Source: Myxococcota bacterium
Lineage (GTDB): Bacteria; Myxococcota_A; SURF-8
Assembly: GCA_963674735.2 (NCBI GenBank)
Contig: CAXXQS010000001.1
Span: forward strand, 224,001 to 288,000
DNA: 64,000 bases
Direction of reading: 5' to 3'
Shown piece after piece: positions 59,111-64,000 of this stretch (position 1 is its first letter; every line of letters starts with the position of its first letter). A model generated the notes under the pieces. It was given only the letters and a program-made list of their open reading frames with translations. It was not told where the DNA came from and searched no databases. The translations under genes were made by a program, and so were the position numbers.

Positions 59111-61780
59111 ATGTTGAAGTGGATGGTTTTCGTCGTTGTATGGGGAACGGTGGCCGTTGGTTGTATATCCTTGGGCACCGATACCGGCAACCTCGGGCAG
59201 CCTTGCAACATCGACGATGATTGCGGGGGCGAACTGGTCTGTATCGACAACGTTTGCAGCGAAATGCTGCTACCCGGTACCGGCGATTTGGATCTGGACT
59301 TCGGCCAAGGGGATGCCGACCCGGAGCTGTCGTCCGATGGCGATGCCGATGACCCGGAGGCGGAGCCTGATGCGGAAAGCGATGGCGACGAAAATGGAGC
59401 GGAGGCAGATGCCGATGATACCGACCCGGATGTGGATGGCGATGATGACGCCGACCTGGATGAGGATGTCGATATCGATGCAGATGCCGACAGCAGCGAC
59501 GTGGTCGAGGATAGCGATGAATTCGATGCGGAGGAGACCGAGCACGTCGAAGATATGGAAGTCGAAGATGAGGAAGGCGATAGCGCCGGAGTTCCGATCA
59601 TTCAGATCGACCCGTACGGGACACAAGCCGCTCCTATTTACTTCGAGGACATTCTGGTCTCCGAATGTTCGGAGGCGCTGACGCTAGAAATCACCAATAT
59701 CGGCGACGGTGTGCTGGAAATCGATAGCCTGGAGACTGTCTTTATCAGCATCGCCGGGGGGTATCTCATCGACAATCAAGAGCCGGAGCCCTTTGTCGGC
59801 CTGCGACCGATCAGTTTATTTCCCGACGATATCGCCAGTTTCGATGTCAGCTATTGCCCGCAACATCTGACCGTTTTGCAGAACATGATGCTGCGTATTT
59901 CATCCAATGACCCGCAAACGCCTCTGCTGGATGTTTATTTCAAAGGCACCGGGGTCGAGTGTGAGTGGGGGACGGTGGATCTGGATCCCGACGTTCCGGG
60001 CTGTGAGACGACGTGCTATCCCGATCCGGTTTACGAGATCTGCGATAACAAGGACAACGATTGCGACGGTGTCACCGACAATGGATTCGATATCGGCAAC
60101 GCCTGCGAGGGGACGGGTGAGTGTGGGGCGGGGACGCTCGAATGCCAGACGGACCTGCTGGCCGATTGCTCCACCAATCCCGGCGGCAGCGAGGATGAGA
60201 GCCGAACGGAAGTCTGCGACAATAAAGATAACGACTGTGACGGGTACACCGATGAAACGTTTGATGTCGGCGAGGCGTGCACGGGTTTGTTCGGCGTGTG
60301 CGCGCAAGTGGTGGGTGTGTATGAGTGTCTGAACGAAACCAGCTTGGTGTGCTCGGTCGATTACCAAGGCTCGGGTTTTGTCGGAAGCGTCGAGAGCTGC
60401 AACACACTCGACGACGATTGCGACGGCACCATCGACAACGGCACCTATAATTTGTGGCAGGCAGGCTTGGTGCCCGGAGAGACGCCCGACACCTGTACGA
60501 ATTGCATCGATGAGCCCTGCCTGTCAGACGGTGTATGTGGTGAGCAGGTTGGGTTCTGGGAATGTCTGAGTGCGGCGGCTCACCCGGAGATTGCCGAGCC
60601 GGAATCCTGGCTGCAATGTTCCACCGATTTGGGTGGCAGCGAAGAATTGGCGACGGAGGAGGTTTGCGACAACCTGGACAACGATTGCGACGGCCTGACC
60701 GACGAAGGCTTTTTCGAGCTGAATTCGGAGGGTGAACCCATTCACGCCCCGTGCGACGGCATCGGCTGGTGCGAATGGGGCAACCTGATTTGCCGTCCCG
60801 ACAAAACTGGTTCGGATTGCTCGACCAACCCCGGTATGCCCGACTACGATTACCGGGTGGAACTGTGCGATAACCAGGACAACGACTGCGACGGTCTGAC
60901 CGACGAAGAATGGCCCGAGCTGGGCGATGATTGCGTAATCGGCACCCCGAATTGCTGTGGAATTGTGGAATGTTCGCAGGATGGTTCGGGAACGGTTTGC
61001 GGGATCGTGCCGGATCCGTTTACGCCGGAACTGTGCGATAACCAGGATAATAATTGCAATGGAGAAACCGATGAAAATTTCGATATCGGATATATGTGCA
61101 TCGGGATCGGCGAATGCGGGATCGGCGTGATCGAATGCGTGTCCACCACCAGCGCGACTTGTTCGACCAACCCGGGTGCGTCGGAGGATGAGAGCCAGCC
61201 GGAAGTTTGCGATAACCGAGATAACGACTGCGACAGCCAAATCGACGAGGACTTCAGTGTCGGGGATCTTTGCGAAGGTATCGGCGAATGCGGGTGGGGA
61301 GTTCTCGAATGCGCAACGCCGACAACGTCACGTTGTTCGACGGACTTGGGTGGCTCTCAATACGCGGGCCGATCGGAGCTGTGCGATAGTCTGGACAACA
61401 ATTGTGATGGAGAAACGGACGAGAACTGGCCGCAGCTGGGCCAGAGCTGCGAGAACCCGTATTCGGGTTGCGGCGGGAGCGGGGTGTGGCGCTGCACGCC
61501 CGATGAGACGGGCATTTATTGCGATTGGACGCCCGATCCCGATGCGGATGAAATCTGCGATAACCTGGATAACGACTGCGACGGCGTGACCGACGAAGAT
61601 TTCGGGGTGGGTCTGCCATGCGACGGTGTGGGCGAATGCGGGATCGGAGTACGCGAGTGTGCCAGTGAAATGACCGCGCGTTGTTCGACCGAAGCCGGAG
61701 GCAGCCAGGACCAAAGCGAGACTGAGATCCCGGATGGCCTGGACAACGACTGTGACGGGCAAATCGACGAAGCTATCTAG
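59111..61780 (+). CDS. Lipoprotein with acidic tether, Ig-like domain and 10 CDxxDNDCDG putative metal-binding (MopE-related) repeats
   Basis: Lipobox AVGC; ITNIGDGVLEI...ISSNDP; repeated E.CD..DNDCDG.TDE. Confidence 0.88.
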   Translation: MLKWMVFVVVWGTVAVGCISLGTDTGNLGQPCNIDDDCGGELVCIDNVCSEMLLPGTGDLDLDFGQGDADPELSSDGDADDPEAEPDAESDGDENGAEADADDTDPDVDGDDDADLDEDVDIDADADSSDVVEDSDEFDAEETEHVEDMEVEDEEGDSAGVPIIQIDPYGTQAAPIYFEDILVSECSEALTLEITNIGDGVLEIDSLETVFISIAGGYLIDNQEPEPFVGLRPISLFPDDIASFDVSYCPQHLTVLQNMMLRISSNDPQTPLLDVYFKGTGVECEWGTVDLDPDVPGCETTCYPDPVYEICDNKDNDCDGVTDNGFDIGNACEGTGECGAGTLECQTDLLADCSTNPGGSEDESRTEVCDNKDNDCDGYTDETFDVGEACTGLFGVCAQVVGVYECLNETSLVCSVDYQGSGFVGSVESCNTLDDDCDGTIDNGTYNLWQAGLVPGETPDTCTNCIDEPCLSDGVCGEQVGFWECLSAAAHPEIAEPESWLQCSTDLGGSEELATEEVCDNLDNDCDGLTDEGFFELNSEGEPIHAPCDGIGWCEWGNLICRPDKTGSDCSTNPGMPDYDYRVELCDNQDNDCDGLTDEEWPELGDDCVIGTPNCCGIVECSQDGSGTVCGIVPDPFTPELCDNQDNNCNGETDENFDIGYMCIGIGECGIGVIECVSTTSATCSTNPGASEDESQPEVCDNRDNDCDSQIDEDFSVGDLCEGIGECGWGVLECATPTTSRCSTDLGGSQYAGRSELCDSLDNNCDGETDENWPQLGQSCENPYSGCGGSGVWRCTPDETGIYCDWTPDPDADEICDNLDNDCDGVTDEDFGVGLPCDGVGECGIGVRECASEMTARCSTEAGGSQDQSETEIPDGLDNDCDGQIDEAI

Positions 61781-63483
61781 CGGCGCGGTTTCTTACTTTT
61801 TGTCGAACGTTTTTTCAACGGCCGGGATGCGCTTCCCGGTCGTTTTCGTTTGGGCTTGCCACCGAAACGATCTTCCGCTGATTCGTCTCGTCTGAACTCG
61901 CCACGTTCGCTGCCGCGTGCGGGTCGGCTGTCGCCGCGCTTGAACTCACTGCGCTCGCCGCGTGCGGGTCGGCTGTCGCCGCGCTTGAACTCACTGCGCT
62001 CGCCGCGTGCGGGTCGGCTGTCGCCACGCTTGAACTCACTGCGCTCGCCGCGTGCGGGTCGGCTGTCGCCACGCTTGAACTCACTGCGCTCGCCGCGTGC
62101 GGGTCGGCTGTCGCCGCGTTTGAACTCACTGCGCTCGCCGCGTGCGGGTCGGCTGTCGCCGCGTTTGAACTCACTGCGCTCGCCGCGTGCGGGTCGGCTG
62201 TCGCCGCGCTTGAACTCGCTTCGTTCGCCGCGTGCGGGTCGGCTGTCGCCGCGCTTGAACTCGCTTCGTTCGCCGCGTGCGGGTCGGCTGTCGCCGCGTT
62301 TGAACTCGCTTCGCTCGCCGCGTGCGGGTCGGCTGTCGCCACGCTTGAACTCGCTTCGCTCGCCGCGTGCGGGTCGGTTGTCGCCACGCTTGAACTCGCT
62401 TCGCTCGCCGCGTGCGGGTCGGTTGTCGCCGCGCTTCAATTCGGAAAGCTCGCGGGTCGCGGGGCGTTTTCCGCGACTGGGACGCTCATCGGCAGTCTTG
62501 AAATCGGAGCGTTTATTGCGTGTCGGGCGTTCATCGGCGCTTTTCATCCAAGCGGGTTTCATTGAAGGTTTCGCTTTACTTGGCGAAGACTTGCCGAGCT
62601 TGGGTTTTTGGGGCTTGGCTTTGGCCCAGCCTTTACGCGTCGGAGCCTTGCGTGTCGGAGCCGACAAACCGGCCGGGCGCGATTTTTCGAGGGGATCGAT
62701 GGCGGCCAGGGGAGACGAAGGTCTGGAACGGGTATTGAATCCGTCCGATATGGTCGCGGAGTCGATCAAACCGGTCATTTCGTAGAGGTCCAGTACTTCT
62801 TTGGGGCTCAGCGGACGCACGTCGCCCGGATTCATGTCGTCCACACGCAGGTTGGCGAACGCGGCGCGGCGCAGTTTGAGAACCGTGCTGCCCACCGCTT
62901 CCACGATGCGGCGCACCTCGCGGTTGCGGCCTTCCGTGAGGATGAACAGGTACCAGCTGTTTTTATCGGTGTCGCGTATCTTTTCGATGATCACCGGCTG
63001 GGTGGGGCCGTCTTCCAGTTCCACTCCATTGGCAATCATGGCCACCTGGCGGCTGTTGAGCTTGCCCTGCACCTTTACTTCGTATTCGCGCGGGACGCGG
63101 TGGGAGGGATGGGTGAGGCGGTGCACCAGTTCGCCGTCGTTGGTGAGGATCAGCGCGCCTTCGGTATGGTAATCCAGGCGACCCACGGAAACCAGACGGC
63201 GTTTTTCCTGAATCAGATTGAAGACCACCGGTCGGCCCGCTTCGTCGCTGTGCGAGGTGATCATGCCGTCGGGTTTGTTGACCAGCAGATACAGCTTTTT
63301 CTCGAATTGCAGCTTATCGCCGTCCACGTCGATGCGCTGTTTCTCCGGGTCGGCGGTCGTGCCCAGTTCGCGGACGACTCGGCGGTCCACACGGACGCGC
63401 CCGGCGAGGATCAATTCCTCGGCTTTGCGGCGGGAGCAGCGGCCCGTTTGGGCGATCAATTTTTGCAGGCGTTGTTTCGGCAT
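61777..63483 (-). CDS. rluB: rRNA pseudouridine synthase (RluB family) with long basic repeat tail
   Basis: S4 domain RLQKLIA...SRRKAEELI, VGRLD catalytic motif, LTEGRNREVRR; downstream of scpB. Confidence 0.9.
   Translation of the reverse strand: MPKQRLQKLIAQTGRCSRRKAEELILAGRVRVDRRVVRELGTTADPEKQRIDVDGDKLQFEKKLYLLVNKPDGMITSHSDEAGRPVVFNLIQEKRRLVSVGRLDYHTEGALILTNDGELVHRLTHPSHRVPREYEVKVQGKLNSRQVAMIANGVELEDGPTQPVIIEKIRDTDKNSWYLFILTEGRNREVRRIVEAVGSTVLKLRRAAFANLRVDDMNPGDVRPLSPKEVLDLYEMTGLIDSATISDGFNTRSRPSSPLAAIDPLEKSRPAGLSAPTRKAPTRKGWAKAKPQKPKLGKSSPSKAKPSMKPAWMKSADERPTRNKRSDFKTADERPSRGKRPATRELSELKRGDNRPARGERSEFKRGDNRPARGERSEFKRGDSRPARGERSEFKRGDSRPARGERSEFKRGDSRPARGERSEFKRGDSRPARGERSEFKRGDSRPARGERSEFKRGDSRPARGERSEFKRGDSRPARGERSEFKRGDSRPARGERSEFKRGDSRPARGERSEFKRGDSRPARGSERGEFRRDESAEDRFGGKPKRKRPGSASRPLKKRSTKSKKPRR
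61913..62440 (-). repeat. Intragenic 45-bp tandem repeat, 11 full units plus a partial unit
   Basis: CGTGCGGGTCGG recurs every 45 nt from 61916 to 62411; encodes RGERSEFKRGD(S/N)RPA. Confidence 0.95.
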
Positions 63484-63601
63484 GGGTGATCCTTATTCTT
63501 TCAGGTGGTGCTTGGCACGAAACGGCCCAACACCCTCCACCGGTTTGGGCGGAGCTTTCATCCGCGCGCGCCGGTCGGTCGAGCAATGGTGCGAAAACGT
63601 C

Positions 63602-64000
63602 TCAATCCGACTCGCGGTCGGACCTTTCTTCCAATTCGGGGTTCGGATCGACTGCGGGAGAGGGGGCGTCGTCGCTCGGCTGGGCGGGCTCGGACACGGG
63701 CAGCTCACCGGCGATCACTTCGATATCGGCGACGGCTTCGGCGGTTTCGTCCTCTTCCTCGTCGTAGGGCTTGCGTGTGAGAATCTCTTTGATGGTGGCG
63801 TCGGCGGTTTGCACGGCGTCTTCCAAATCTTCAGCCACCTTTTCGAGCTCGACGGCGGTTTTGCTGATATCCGCGCCACCGAAATGGACGTCGTAAAGCG
63901 GGTTCGCGTCTTCTTCCGGGACGTCGCGGCCATAGGTGGCCTCCACCTTCGACTGGTGTTCCTCACTGAGTTCCTGAAACTCCTGCAAGGTGGGCAGATC
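63602..64000 (-). CDS. scpB: SMC-Scp complex subunit ScpB, C-terminal part (start outside the window)
   Basis: Frame reads DLPTLQEFQEL..., the typical ScpB C-terminal motif, followed by an acidic tail; directly upstream of rluB. Confidence 0.75.
   Translation of the reverse strand, partial: DLPTLQEFQELSEEHQSKVEATYGRDVPEEDANPLYDVHFGGADISKTAVELEKVAEDLEDAVQTADATIKEILTRKPYDEEEDETAEAVADIEVIAGELPVSEPAQPSDDAPSPAVDPNPELEERSDRESD

Noticed and set aside
61913-62440. Possible CRISPR array
   Set aside because: Units are contiguous 45-mers without unique spacers, are in frame inside rluB, and no cas genes are present.

Overview
GC-rich bacterial chromosome segment whose gene content suggests a Myxococcota/deltaproteobacterial-like Gram-negative organism (inference only). 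Housekeeping blocks: rpmE-DUF1385-prfA-prmC; a split nitrilase+nadE+nadD NAD operon; secG-tRNA-Leu(GAG); thiE-nudix; sirtuin; rpoH-like sigma factor; glgP; HU; tonB-TBDR-lipoprotein; lipA; scpB-rluB. These are interleaved with large secreted or lipid-anchored proteins, six of which carry an Asp-Gly-Asp-rich tether after the lipobox. Most notable observations: (1) three copies of a ~175-183 bp MITE with 17-bp TA-ended inverted repeats and individual 10-bp target duplications, carrying a REP-like hairpin doublet; (2) a nearby intact RAYT (YafM-like) gene with its own perfect GTAG-REPs, a 107-bp tandem duplication and a probably leaderless promoter; (3) a candidate class II thioester-domain (covalent adhesin) protein clustered with a YfaP/DUF2135 lipoprotein and a metalloprotease; (4) an AT-rich two-gene islet; (5) a 45-bp tandem-repeat tail on RluB. 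No CRISPR array, rRNA or prophage was seen. All calls come from reading motifs by eye; no database searches were run.
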